A DNA stretch of 64,000 nt from Negaprion brevirostris (taxonomy: Eukaryota): positions 23,476,143 to 23,540,142 of the forward strand of contig JARDVH010000163.1 in assembly GCA_030324005.1 (NCBI GenBank). The letters run 5' to 3'. A model generated the notes under the pieces. The model did no database searches. It worked only from the letters and a program-made list of their open reading frames with translations, and was not told where the DNA came from. This document shows positions 1 through 11,799 of this stretch, one piece after another. How positions within the stretch are numbered: position 1 is the first letter of the stretch; each line of letters begins with the position of its first letter. A program made the position numbers and the translations under genes.

Positions 1-780
1 AGACAACTATCTTAGTTTTTATGGCACTTAGTTTTAGGTTCTCCCTCAACTGGAAACATTCTCTCTTATCTTCCCCCTTTAAGCAATTCATGATTACATA
101 GACCTTTATCAGGTCAACTTTAAGTGTTTCCTTTTCTGAAGAAAATATCCTCAACCTGCTCATTTTTTCCTGATTGTCATAGTCTCTTAATCCTGATACC
201 ATTTTTGCAATTTTTTTTGCATGTTCTCTAGTGTTCTTTCTGTAAAATGGTGACCAGAACCAAGCATAGCACTCCTAAACTGAGGCCTGACCAGGCGCTG
301 AACATATTTAAAAATAATTTGATTATTTTTGATTTATTGTCATTAGAAATAAACCCCAGCACTTTGTAAGCATTTTAAACTGTTTTAATGACTCGTGATG
401 CTCATTTCATTTGATTTGGGCACTGATATCCCTAAAGCCCTTTGATCTTTCTACCTCATTTAGCTTATTTTCTAAAATCTAGGCAATGTTTCTGTTTTTC
501 TTTTATCATCTATATTATGGTTAATTTTCATCTTAATTTCCCAGTCTACAGCTTTTCCAAAATCTTATTTTCTTCTTCTTCTATACCCACAGTGGTTTGA
601 TACCTTCTGCAAATTTTGCTACTGGGTTGCTTTGTTCTAAATCCAAATCATGAATGTAAGTTATAACTAATAGTGATCCCAGCACTTACGCTGTGGAATG
701 TTACTTTCTACCTTCAATCTTAGTGTGTACTTTTTACTCCTACCCTGCTTTTTCAAAGCAAATTTGCTATCTATCCAGCT
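1..780 (-). mobile_element. Old CR1-clade LINE fragment (RT core to C-terminal region)
   Basis: Reverse strand has a degenerate GVPQGSVLGP-type motif (agtaacattccacagcgtaagtgctgggatca, ~674-705); + strand has CR1-type 'ggtgaccagaac...actcc' and 'tatcaggtca...gaagaaaa...caacctgctc'; many stops. Confidence 0.65.
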
Positions 781-859
781 TCCACATACTTAATTTCAAA
801 GCAAGTCATATAAATCGATCAAATACATAGCCAAAACAGTAGTATACAAATCAAAAAAT

Positions 860-1200
860 ACCTTTATCAAACCATATATTGCTCTAACCATATCCCGTAT
901 ACTGTTTTATTGTACTCTGGTCACCAAAGTACAATAAAGACATTTATGTGCTGGAATCGGTGAAGAAGCACAAGATCAATCATTATCGCCAAATGAGAAA
1001 AACTGGATAAAGATGGGCTTCTCAGCTGGACAGGACACCACTGAAAGACTTTCTGAAAGAGATTTAGAAAGTAAAGGGAATGGAAAAGGTAAACTCATTT
1101 TACTTCACATTAAATTGTGAGAGTGGAATAAAGAGACATGGATTCAAGCAGATATTAGATAAATTTAAGATTGATGTCAGCATGATCAGGAAGATTAGTG
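860..1200 (+). mobile_element. Very old CR1 fragment, opposite orientation
   Basis: Translates locally as WSPKYNKDIYVLESVKK, resembling CR1 WSPxxxKDIxxLExVQR; degenerate RGH-type motif near 1130. Confidence 0.5.
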
Positions 1201-1989
1201 AGGATTAATCTGTCTGATTCTAATTTTTTTATAGTATTGAATGATGAACATTCTCCTGTGTCAAACATTTTGCAAATACTGAGAATATGTTGAATTTACT
1301 GTCCTTGCAATATTTTTCTGTTTTTGTGGGGAAGTTTGTGTTTTCCCTGTCAGCTTTTCCCCTTGTTGCATGCTCCAAATCGGTAGGATTTTGGTTGCAG
1401 CATTGTGGTCTCACATACCACTCCTGCCTTTACACACCCAGTGAGCATTTAGCAGCTTCAATCATAGGAACTGCATAATTTCAGCAGTAACTTGTAAGTT
1501 ATAGTGCCAAAGGTACAGAGCTTCATTGACTTCCCAGTATTCGTAGAGACCCCAGAGAGTGGTTAGGATAAGCTTTCATTTTCACTGTGAAATAAGAAAA
1601 TGGTGCAAGCTGCAAGTCTGTTACTTCCAGACAGGGTCACTGAAAAATAACGATCTCCTCTGTCTAATTGTAAATAATTAGCTTAACCATAGTCTTAGTC
1701 ATCTCAGTAAACTTGCAGTCTATATAGATTACACATTCTCACTGTTTCCTGTGGCCTGCCCTTGATGACGCTGATTGTATTCAGCAAATATTATGCCTGA
1801 TATGTGTGTAAAGTTTACTTGACTGAGTAGTGTTTCTCACTAACCTTCCAGCAGGAGCAGCTATTGTTTTTTTCCAGTATGGTTCTGTTTAAGTGTGTTT
1901 TTAACCTCTCATGAAACAGTTGCCAATTGTTTGTTTTGTTGGGGACTAGTGTGGAAAGATTGGAAGGATTAACAGGCTGGTTAAATTTT

Positions 1990-2105
1990 GAATTGCTGGG
2001 GCTTGAGTGCACCATGCATATCCAGCAAGTTCTGGAGGGGCACTTGAACCAAGAGCTTCCAGCACACAGGTAGGGGTGCTACCTAGAGAAACACAAGATC
2101 TCCTC
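1990..2105 (-). mobile_element. tRNA-derived SINE head (truncated)
   Basis: Reverse complement reads ggtagcacccctacctgtgtgctggaagctcttGGTTCAAGTgcccc, i.e. A/B-box layout. Confidence 0.5.
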
Positions 2106-2184
2106 GCCAATTCAAAATTGAGAATAGCCATAAGATAAAGGTAGAATTTAAAACAAAAAGAAACTGCATGCTACAATTCTGTTT

Positions 2185-2390
2185 TCTATTCCTTCGTGAG
2201 AATGTGGGTATCACTGTCAATGTTAGTATTTAGTATCCATCCTTTAATCCTTGAGAATATCATGGTGAGGTACCTTTTTGAAATCCTGCAGCCTGTGTAA
2301 TGCAAGTACACTTACCTGTTATGTAGAGGGTTCCTTAATTTAGGCTAAGTTATGAAAAAGTAACAGTCATGTATTCCAAGTCATGGTAAT
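2185..2390 (-). mobile_element. 3' tail of a LINE, shared with SINE family B
   Basis: 'atgtgggtatcactgtcaatgttagtattt...tccttgagaa...ggtgag...ttgaa..ctgcag' matches tails at 16940, 19020, 21640 and 28945. Confidence 0.55.
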
Positions 2391-3030
2391 GGGGGTCCTT
2401 CTATGAGACCGCTAACTGCAAGCAGGAATCATGATGGCTCGTTGAATCAGGTTGAGGGGGCTAAAACAGGATTCTCACTAGTCTTCAAACCCGTTACCTG
2501 TAGCATGACCCACACCACCGGCCCCAATCAGGTTCTCATCAAGAGCAGGCAAGAACCTGTTGAATACTGACATTACCACAGTGATACCCAGTCACGAGCT
2601 GTGCCACAATGACACTATACTGCCAGGTTGTGAGTAGCAGGGTACATTATCAGGGTGGTACTGCCAAGGAGTGTGGCCTTAAGGGGGCATGAGGGGAGAC
2701 TCATCCAAGGAGTTTCTTTTGTAGGGGAAGGTGGTGAAGCCTCTGACTTGGAAGAGTGTTTCGGGGGGAGGGGGTAGTCAAGTTCCTCTTATGCTTGCGT
2801 GGAGAAGTGGGGGGAGGCTGCTTCTCAGTGGTGAATGTTTGAGGGCCGATCATTTAACTCTGAAATCAGGGCACCCTTTAAATATGCACCCCACTCTCTG
2901 TGAAGCTGATCTGTCTGTCGTGTTTCTCACTGGGGATATTTTCCCAACAGAAGTTGGTTGAATCCCACCTGGCAAGCGTTGCCAGCACCAGCAGAAAACA
3001 TTCTGGTTTTCTTACTGGCAGCAGCACTTT
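2391..3030. mobile_element. GC-rich non-autonomous DNA-transposon-like element (degenerate)
   Basis: GC-rich non-coding block of similar style to the elements at 38797 and 62645; termini not resolved. Confidence 0.35.
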
Positions 3031-3109
3031 GAAATGCAGCCAGTGTGAGATTTTGGTGGTGCATTGGTTAAGTGATACATTTTTGTCGGAAGAATGAATA
3101 ATTATTGTA

Positions 3110-3510
3110 TAAACTAAATAATACAATTCTAAAGGGAATGCAAAAGCAGACGGAAAGTCACTCAAAGGAGGGACCTGGAATTGTATGTGCACAAACCTTT
3201 GAGGATAGTAGGAAAAGTTGAAAACGTGATTATCATAAAATCATAGAAACCCTACAGTGCAGAAAAAGGCCATTTGGCCCATCGGGTCTGCACTGACCAC
3301 AACCCTACTGAGGCCCTACTCCCATACATTTACATATTTACCCGCTAATCCCTCTAACCTACGCATCTCAGGACTTGGGCAATTTTTGGCATGGCCAATC
3401 AGCCTAACCTGCACATCTTTGGACTATGGGAGGAAACCAGAGCACCTGGAGGAAACCCACACAGATTAATTAGGCATTCAGAAGGCTAGGTTTTATACAT
3501 GGAGACATAG
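3110..3510 (+). mobile_element. CR1 fragment (left part; interrupted by an HE1 SINE; resumes at 6165)
   Basis: 'tacaattctaaaggg...gagggacctgg..tatgtgcacaaa' and 'ttttatacatggagacatag' are CR1 RT C-terminal motifs. Confidence 0.65.
3232..3465 (-). mobile_element. HE1-type V-SINE, 5'-truncated
   Basis: Tail 'atcatagaaaccctacagtgcagaaaaaggccatttggcccatcg' and V-domain 'ggccaatcagcctaacctgcacatctttggactatgggaggaaaccagagcacctggaggaaacccacacaga'. Confidence 0.9.
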
Positions 3511-4651
3511 ACCCAGATCTTCTAGTTTCTGGATGGTTGTACCCTGGGAGATCCATCAGAAGTCCCAACGCAAGGATTCTGTGGGCATTGTCCAGTAAGT
3601 TTCAACTTCTGGTGAGCAATTCCGCTCCATCCAGAACCCTCCAACAAGGTCTCCAACTTTGTGTTGGCGTCAGAGACTTTGGAGGGTTCTGACTCACTTA
3701 CCAAAACAATTACCCAGGAGAGATGCGGGGGGATCGTTGTAATGTCACTGAACTGATAAGCCAGAAGTCCAGGCTAATATCCTGGGGACATGGGTTCAAA
3801 TCCCATGACAGCTTTTGAATTTTAATTTAATGAATAAATCTGAAATTGAAATCTGCTTCAGTAATGGTGACAGTGCAACAATCTTCATTTGGGTTCTAAA
3901 AACCTATTTGATTTACTTGTATCTTTTATTGATGACAATCTGCCATCCTTTCTTACGTGTCTTTGGCCTACATGTGAATCCAGACTCACGTCAATATAGT
4001 TGATTCTTAACCGCCCTCTGAAATAGCCTGGCAAGCTACTCATTTCAAATGTAATTAGGAATGGGCACAAAATGCTGACCTTGCCAGAAATGTCCATGTC
4101 TCAGGAAAGAGTTAAAAAAAAATAGTTAGACAGGAAAACCCATGTGTAACTAACTGACACCCCAGCCTTTTGACCCCTGTCCCTGACCCTCTGACTCCCC
4201 TCTCCCGACTACCTGACTGTTCCCTCCTTGAACCTCCGATTCTTCCCCACAGTTCTCCTTTTGAGCTTCCCATTCCCCTTTGACTCAACTTCACTGCCCT
4301 ACTCATCCTGCATGCTTCCCACTCTACTACTCTGTCATGCTAACCTACCCACCTTGTCACCTGCTACTGTGCTAGCCTGCACACTGCCTCACTCACACAT
4401 TTACTAACACTATGAAAACTATTTAAATACCCCAAAGCTTTTCATTGTGTCAGTGAATGAAAACTTACCAATATACAGCAACTAATTTAGCAGCTGCCAT
4501 TAAGTGGGGGTGTACCTTGGTTTACCCGATGATCTTGCACTATAAGGAAGGACTTTGAAAACATGCTGTGCACTTCTAAAAAGGCCTGGTCCAGAAGTCT
4601 AAGCAAGAAATGTGGAGCTCCAGTGATTGCACCTCCATGGAAGATTTGGGC
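3511..4651. mobile_element. MITE-like non-autonomous DNA element carrying a nested SINE
   Basis: Imperfect terminal inverted repeats acccagatcttc (3511) and gaagatttgggc (4640-4651); host CR1 sequence continues on both sides. Confidence 0.55.
3726..4118 (+). mobile_element. tRNA-derived SINE (family B), near full length
   Basis: 'gtaatgtcactg...gggacatGGGTTCAAATCCc' B box; body 'tctgccatcctt...ggcctacatgtga..ccagac'; tail 'gggcacaaaatgctgaccttgccag' plus A tract. Confidence 0.85.
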
Positions 4652-4665
4652 AGTAGGATACAAAA

Positions 4666-6160
4666 TCATCATCTGTGGCGATCACTCACTAACAAGTATG
4701 ATTGTTCATTTAAAGAACTCAGTGTCACTGGCCATGGGTTCTATGGGTCCTTGCATGGCTGAGGAGCCCAATTCTAGAGCTGCATCTCCAACAGCACACT
4801 TGGTAGGTGTTTTTGGAGTTGGAATTGCTCCTTGGACTTGAGATTGCTGGTATTCCTTTCTCAAGTTCCTTTTCTGGACTTCCTCTTGTCATCCAGTGTT
4901 CTCAAAGAATTGTGTCCCTTCAAATATGATGTTCCTCTAAGTAGGTTTCTTCTGAGTAAGGATCTCCCAGGCATTGATATCTATGTTGCATTTCTTGAGG
5001 TAAAATTTTACAGTGTCTTTGAAGCTCTTCCTTTGTCTTCCTCTTGTTCGGTGCCTTCCTTGAGCTGAGCGAAGATTTGTTTTGGCAATCAGGACTCTGC
5101 ATCGTGGCTGGCCCAGTGGAGTTGGTTTTGGATGATCATGGCCTCAGTGCTGGTGCTGTTGGCTTCTGCAAGGACGCTGATGTTAGTACGACTGCTCTCC
5201 TAGCTGATGTGGAGAATCTGTCTCAGACAGCCTTGATGATACCTCTCCAGGGCATCTATGTGGGCAAAGTTTGAGTGATATAAAAGGGTTGGGAGGATGA
5301 TTGCCTTGTATATAAGAACCTAAGTATTGGCGTGGCTGCTGCAGTTGTTGAAGACTCTCATCCTTAGGGATCTGAAGGTGGTGCCTAGGGATTGGAAACT
5401 ATGTTGGGCCTTCACTTCAATGTCAGCCTTTGATGAGAGGTACTTGCCAGGTAGAGGAGATGTTCTACATTTGGGAGGGTTTCTCTGTTGACCTTGGTGA
5501 AGGGAAAGTTCGAACTAGCCCTGGGGCAGCATGATAAAGGATTTGAATCATCTTGAGATTGAGGCTGAGACTGATTCTTTGATATGCTTCAGCAATGCAC
5601 CAAGCATAGCTTGGAGATTCTGTCATATTACCCTTGTGAGGATTGACACTGACATCTTACTGTGGAGGATTCAGAGAATGGTGATGAATTTATCTGGACA
5701 GCTAGCCTATGGTAAGATCTTCCATAGTATTTCCTGATTGAGCCAAAAGCCTTGGTTAGATCGATGTAGGCCATGTGGAGTGGCTGATGTTGCTCCTAGC
5801 ATTACTCTTTGAGTTGTCGAGCAGTGAAAATCATGCCCATTGTTTCACAGTTTGTTTGGAAGTCACACATGCTTTCCAAAAGGATTTCTTAATCGACAGA
5901 GCAAAGGTGGCTAGTGAGGATTCGAGTGATGATCGTCCTGGCGATGAAGAGTCGGGAGATTCCTTGGTAGTTCTCACGTTCCGTTTTATCTCCTTTCTTG
6001 AAAATGGTGGTGATGCGACATCTCTGAAGTCGGCAGGATTTCTTCCCTGCCCTAGACTTTCAGGAACAGCTGTTGGAAATGACGGATGATCTCCTCTTCC
6101 ATGTTTGAAAATCTTCGTTGGAATCCCGTCCACTCCTGTGGCTTTTCCATTCTTCTTGTG
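4666..6160 (-). mobile_element. RTE-clade LINE, 5'-truncated and frameshifted
   Basis: Minus-strand peptides DGIPTKIFKHG, PADFRD, QLHWASH, LPKQIFAQLKEG resemble RTE RT; (tga)n 3' tail at ~4666. Confidence 0.85.
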
Positions 6161-6164
6161 TTTC

Positions 6165-6735
6165 AGACAAGATGTGATGAACCTTTATTAAACATCAGTT
6201 CGACATCAACTGGAATATTGTGTACAATTGTGCACCGCACTTTAGGTATTGGATAGGGTGCAGAAAATATTTACAAAATTTCTGGGATGAGACTTCAGTC
6301 CGGTGGATGGATTGGTGAAGTAGAGGCTGCTCTTCTTGGAGAAGAGATGATGAGAATTGAAACTAGTGTTCAAACTGAATGTCCTGCGTAGAATAGATAG
6401 CAAGAAACTGCAAGTGTTCCCACTGGCAGAAGAATTGAGAACCAGAGGGCATTGGTTTCAAGTGAATGATAAAAGAACCAAATGCAACATGAAGAAAAAG
6501 CATTTTTATGCAGTGAGTGGCTGGATGTGGGGTGTATGATTTTGGAGTGTGATGGCAGCAGATTTAGTTGTTACCTTCAAAATGGAAATGGATAATTATC
6601 TGAAAATAAAAAGATTTTGTAGGCCTATGGGACCAGGTAAGGGGATTGGACTAGCTGAGCTGTTGTTGCAGAGAGTTTGCACAGACATGACAGGCTGAAT
6701 AGCCTCCTCCTGTGCTGTAGCCATTCTAGGATTTA
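6165..6735 (+). mobile_element. CR1 3' portion with 3' UTR
   Basis: 'aactggaatattgtgtacaatt', RTRGH motif (ORF 6357 LRTRGHWF), 3' end 'ggctgaatagcctcctcctgtgctgtagccattct'. Confidence 0.85.
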
Positions 6736-6741
6736 ATGGTT

Positions 6742-6891
6742 AAAAGCAAGTTACTGCGGATGCTGGAATCTGAAACCAAAAAAGAAAATGCTGAAAAATC
6801 TCAGCAGGTCTGGCAGCATCTGTAAGAGAGAAAAGAGATGATGTTTCGAGTCCAGATAACCCTTTGGGTCTGGACTCAAAACATCAGCTCT
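6742..6891. repeat. Penelope-associated terminal repeat with inverted partial copy
   Basis: 'tactgcggatgctggaatctgaaacc...aaatgctgaaaaatctcagcaggtctggcagcatctgt'; same family at 23301 and 35985. Confidence 0.7.
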
Positions 6892-7109
6892 ATGATTTAA
6901 TAGTGATGCTCCTAAACGCTTGTTGCATGTGTCTGTAAACTCCAAGTCATTTGGGGAGCTTATAAAATCCTTCAGTAAAGGAGACTCTGATACTTTTAAT
7001 TATAAGCCTCTTCTTGTCTCCATCATCTTCCTGCCCATTGTTTCTATTGCCTGTCTTGTTAAGAAAACAGGAAAGAGCTATATTCTCATTCATTCTCCAA
7101 CTGGACAGT

Positions 7110-7605
7110 GTTAGTTTGGCCAAGTGGTAGTCCTCTTGGCTGTGAGCCAGAAGATTGATAATTCAAGCCATGTTGCAGGAGGTTAGCACGTGATCTAAAC
7201 TAATACACCACAGTGATCCTGAGGGATTGCTACTTGTACTGAGGGAACCTTGCAGTTTTAAAGGTCCCACTGTTTGGATGAGACACTAAATTAAGGTGCT
7301 GTCATTTATTTGAAAAGGATCGTGTCCAGGCCAAAATCTATCCCAATGATGACCCAAAGAAATGTGTGCAGCCATAAGACATCACTTGGGTCTCCAGTAC
7401 AAGCTTTGTAGTGCTTTCTGTGCATGTTTTCAATTGAAAAATTGTTTTATTGACATTACTGAAAGAGATTACTTGGTCATTTATTTCATTTCTGTTTGTG
7501 GGATTTTGCTCCATGCAATTTTGGCTGCATTCCAAAAATAACTGCAGCAGTAAAATGTGTGGGATGTCTAAAGCATGTAAAAGGTACTATCTAAATACAA
7601 CATTT
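7110..7605 (+). mobile_element. SacSINE1-type DeuSINE, diverged, with a ~105-bp internal insertion
   Basis: tRNA-like head; 'ggatgagacactaaa', 'gtgtccaggccaaaatctatccc', 'tgtttgtggga'; L2-type tail 'aaaggtactatctaaatacaa'. Confidence 0.7.
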
Positions 7606-9530
7606 TCTTCCAAATATGGCCTGTTTCTGAATCTCTCCAGAAATTCTTATCAAGCTGTACTAAGGCAGTACTATGTGTAGCCAAAGTAAAACAGGTGTAG
7701 TTGTATCATGCTCTCTCTGCTTGGAATAAAGTCCCTCTGTCACATGCTCCAGCAGTAAAACTACCAAACTCACCAAATGTGGAAGAGCAAGTTTAAACGT
7801 GTATGCAGGCAGGTGGCTCTCAGTTCCAATCTTCCGAATGTGGAGTTCAGTGATCACCTTCACCTTCAAAGGACATTGTTCAGCATGACTTGTGCTGAAG
7901 AAAACTTTCACAACTGTGTTTCGACACAATGAGATTTTACTTGAAGTTGAAACAAATTTGGAGATGCGGACTATATTTGAAGTGACAGTGTTTGTGGTGT
8001 GTACATCGTCCTGCGATGTTCTGGATCCCACAGGAATATTGTCAGTCAGTTTTCTTTTCTGGTCTGTTTGTTGGCTGTCAGTCTGATGTAAAGGGTGGTA
8101 TGCAATGAGCCCGTGCACTGAGTGGCACTTCCTTAGATCAAAGCCAGGAGATTACCGTGATTATGAATTATGCTGTGATGCCAAAGTTGATCTAACAATA
8201 AGAGACAACCCCACTTATTCTCATCCAACCCCCTCCACAATGGCACATTGTGCCAATTGAAGTCTTGCACTTAGTGCTGATGACTATATTCTGTTTTAAA
8301 ATTAAAATAGCCATCCATGAGAGACTTTGAAGCATTGAATCAGATAAGGGTACTTAAAGGAGGGAAAAATATTCTAAGAATAATATGGTTTATTATCACT
8401 GAACCCCAACTGAAGGCCATGAATAGCTGATGTGAAAAGTGGGAAAACATCATCTTTTGAGGTTGGGGCTGAGACACTTTGGAGGGGCCAGATAGAAGGA
8501 ACTTTAACCTACCCAGCACTGGATGTTTATTGCTTGAGTACATAATTTGCAGAAAACATCCTTTCAATTAAAGCTCTTTCTTAAAAACTTCCAATTAAAA
8601 TCATAGGCATTTCCATCTATTTTAGCATATTATCAACATCATGAGTGCTAAAACACTCTGCTAAGTACAGTAACTTTCCATAATTGACATCTGACAGAGG
8701 TTGGTGTCCCACTGATGAGTTGAAATCTATCTGAAATCTATAGGAAAGTACAGAATTAATTCAGTTTCTAATATGCATGGATCCAGAACAAAACTACCAA
8801 TAATTCAGGGCAAGTTGTTGACAAGCCTAGTTGTGGGGGAAAGAAAGCATTTTTGAGTGAGGTGTGGTGCTGTGGTGGTTTTTGTCCTCAGTACTGTCCT
8901 GAAATTCCACTCCTTGCCCCAGTGATGACTAAAAGCTGAATTTGTATTACTGTAAGACAACTGTTTGCCTCCAGTGCACACCTTGCAGTGTTTTCTTTAC
9001 GTTTCAATTGAAAAATTGTTTGGATAAATTATGATCATATGCTTTCATTATGGCAATCTCAATTTGATAACATTGTATAGTATCTTTCAGGGCACATTTA
9101 CTTAGCAGATGTTGTTCCTTTAAGGGAATTGTGGATACTAAACCACATTTCAGCTGTGGTTTATTATTAACAAATTAGTTACAGAATTGTGAATAATATT
9201 GAAGCTGCAGCATGACAGGAAATCAGAGTCATTAATAACAACTGCAGCACACTTCCTCATTGAAAAGACCTAGAAAGTGGCTGCAGGCGGTTGGGGTGTC
9301 CTGTTCCCCTTGGTTAGTTAATACTGCAACTAGAAAGGTACAATGTTTAAAATGCATTTATTATATTTCACAAAGACCATTCTTGTATTATTTGTCTATC
9401 ACATAGATTCCAACTTAAATTTTAAGCTATTTTACTTTTTTAATGAATCTATCATAGTGCAAGGCCTTTTAATGTTAGTGCCAGAATGAAGGAAACTTCC
9501 TGTGTGCTAATGTGGTAGCTCATGCTGAAT

Positions 9531-9612
9531 AAGAACATAAGAACATAAGAAATAGGAGCAGGAGTAGGCCATCCAGCCCTTCGAGCCTGCCCCGCCATTC
9601 AATAAGATCATG
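9531..9612 (-). mobile_element. Young CR1 3' end
   Basis: (aagaacat)n tail followed by 'aggagcaggagtaggccatccagcccttcgagcctgccccgccattcaataagatcatgg'. Confidence 0.85.
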
Positions 9613-9879
9613 GAATGATTTCCATTGAATGGTGAGCCTGATGCATTGCCTATATTTTAAAAGAGGAGAAAGTTAAAACCAGGAAACTCTGTTCATTATT
9701 TGAATTTATGTTATAAGTAAGTAGCTGGAAGGTGTATTTAGAGGCATGTTTGTTATATGTACATAAAACTGAGGAGCTATTAGGCGATTGCAGCATGGCT
9801 TCTGAAAAGAGGTCACATTTCATTAACAGGTCACATCTCATTAACTTGATCAAATCTTTTTGAGGAGGGGAAAACCCTG

Positions 9880-10450
9880 GTACATTTCGTGCATTGAAAT
9901 CCTTTAATAAAATGCTGCACAGAAGAGGCTTCAGCACAGTTATGTTTTGTGGAGTTGGCAGGCTAATCTTGGGTTAGACTGAACGTTTAGTTACATTTGT
10001 GTACATAGTAAGTTATTAAAAGTGACCAGTTTATATGGGGACTGGTCAGAAGTACCTACCGAGATAGGTGTTGAGATCATTATCCTTCACTGTCTTTGTC
10101 GATGATCTAAATGAAGGTACATTTTGTGATAGAGGAAGAGATTCAATCCACAAGTTTGAAAATAACATGAAGGAACCTGAGATGAACAAAGTAATTGTAA
10201 GTGGAACTAGTAGTATAGGAAAATGAATCCAAACTTGGCCAGTAGCTTTCAGTTTAGCAGCAAAATGATGCAGTTTGATGGAGGCAATTCCAAGCATGGA
10301 TTTCCCAAGCAGACCTAAGTAGTCAAGGTAGCTGAATGGAAGAAGGACCTATGGTTTGTATTTCATTGATCAACTGCACCAAAGAAAATAGGATGTTAGC
10401 TTTTTAGTCCATTATCTGAGATTTAAAGGTTATCAGTACAATCCTTTATT
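9880..10450 (+). mobile_element. Ancient CR1 RT core fragment
   Basis: Degenerate FDKVPH-like, 'gtcgatgatctaaatgaagg' (NDL) and 'aagtttgaaaataac' (KFADD-like) motifs in the expected order. Confidence 0.5.
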
Positions 10451-10459
10451 TGTACAGCA

Positions 10460-10750
10460 CATTGTTCTTCCTGAGACTAAAGTACTGTGTCCCTGCTTGG
10501 TTATCTCAAACAATGGGACATCACAATCAAGCTTGATTTTGCAGTCTGTTCATATCAACATATGTTCTTTTCCGTAATAGATGCTTGATAGTGATCAGTT
10601 TTGTGGTACCTCCCTAGCCTTGGGATGCTGAGGTCAATCCTGGTCCTGTTATTATCTGCTGTCCCAGCTTGATTTAGCAAAGCCAACATGGACTATGGAT
10701 CTAATCTGTGACATTCCTGATCTGTATAGTTTAAGGACTCAATATCTCAG
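10460..10750 (-). mobile_element. AmnSINE2-like ancient SINE
   Basis: Reverse complement has 'tacagatcaggaatgtcacag', 'attgacctcagcatcccaaggctagggagg', 'ctgatcactatc', 'tgtgatgtccc' in the order of the AmnSINE2 consensus as recalled. Confidence 0.55.
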
Positions 10751-11799
10751 ATCCAAGGGCAGTATGTGGCTCACAGATTAAAATTTCTACTTCCCATTTT
10801 CTAATACACTATATTTTCATCTCAGTAAATGGCAGGCTTCAGTTATGTTCTAGAATACTGTTTCACAAGTATGCTGTTCTTCTGGTACCTCACCTTGTCA
10901 GATGATGTTTCAAATCAGTTGTCGTTAAAGTCCTCATTCATGTTTTCAAAATCCACCGTGGCATTGTTCCACTCTTAATGATCTTCTGCAATTATATCTA
11001 CCAGTCTACATGATTGGATCTCTACTTTCTTATTCCCCAATGCCTTCATTTCCACATCAGAAGCTGATCTTCCAATTGCGATATAGAAGCTATTTAGAAC
11101 GGTCTTCCAGAACTGCTGACCTTACTGCTCATTCNNNNNNNNNNNNNNNNNNNNNNNNNNNNNNNNNNNNNNNNNNNNNNNNNNNNNNNNNNNNNNNNNN
11201 NNNNNNNNNNNNNNNNNNNNNNNNNNNNNNNNNNTGACCTTACTGCTCATTCATTGTCTTTCAAAATTATTTTAAAAAACACTTTCTGGCTACATTATCC
11301 CTTCACTTTTCTAACTTCCTTTGATACTCCCTCTCTCCCTCTTTAAACAGGAGAGGCTGTAAGTTAGTGTGAGTTATTGTTCAGGTATCAAGTTTCATCC
11401 CGAACACTGGAGGCAGCCCCAGGCGTTGTTCAGATAAGTCCTAGCACCTGCGTGCAATGTTATTTCCTGCCGGTACCATGTAGAATCTGATGTGGGCCTT
11501 CATCTGCATTCCATTAACAGAGTACAATTGGGGTTCACAGAGTCCTCTGGTGGTTTTTCTGACACAATAACAGGAACCAATGGAAGATACTGCTATAAAT
11601 TCATGCTGATGTGAAATTGATTTCTGGCCCTCCCGCCAATAAACACACTGATGGGGGCTTGGTTGAATTCTGCCCAAGATCTATTATCGAAAATGCCACA
11701 GTATTTTCATTCATGTAAATCTATAACAATCCTTGTCCTGCCTGAATTTCTCACTTACAAATGGTTCATTCCATTTGAGAAGCTTCAAATTTATCCTGG

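Noticed and set aside
7345-7462. RTGATGA...CTGA pattern suggesting a C/D box snoRNA
   Set aside because: The CTGA belongs to the host SINE, there is no terminal stem, and the second copy at 8920 lacks a matching D box
7660-8118. 152-aa minus-strand ORF (and overlapping 64-aa plus ORF) in unique sequence
   Set aside because: Non-ATG start, no recognisable domain and no convincing splice sites; length is compatible with chance in 64 kb
11116-11252. Duplicated 'tgaccttactgctcattc' on both sides of an N gap
   Set aside because: Typical unmerged contig overlap, not a biological repeat
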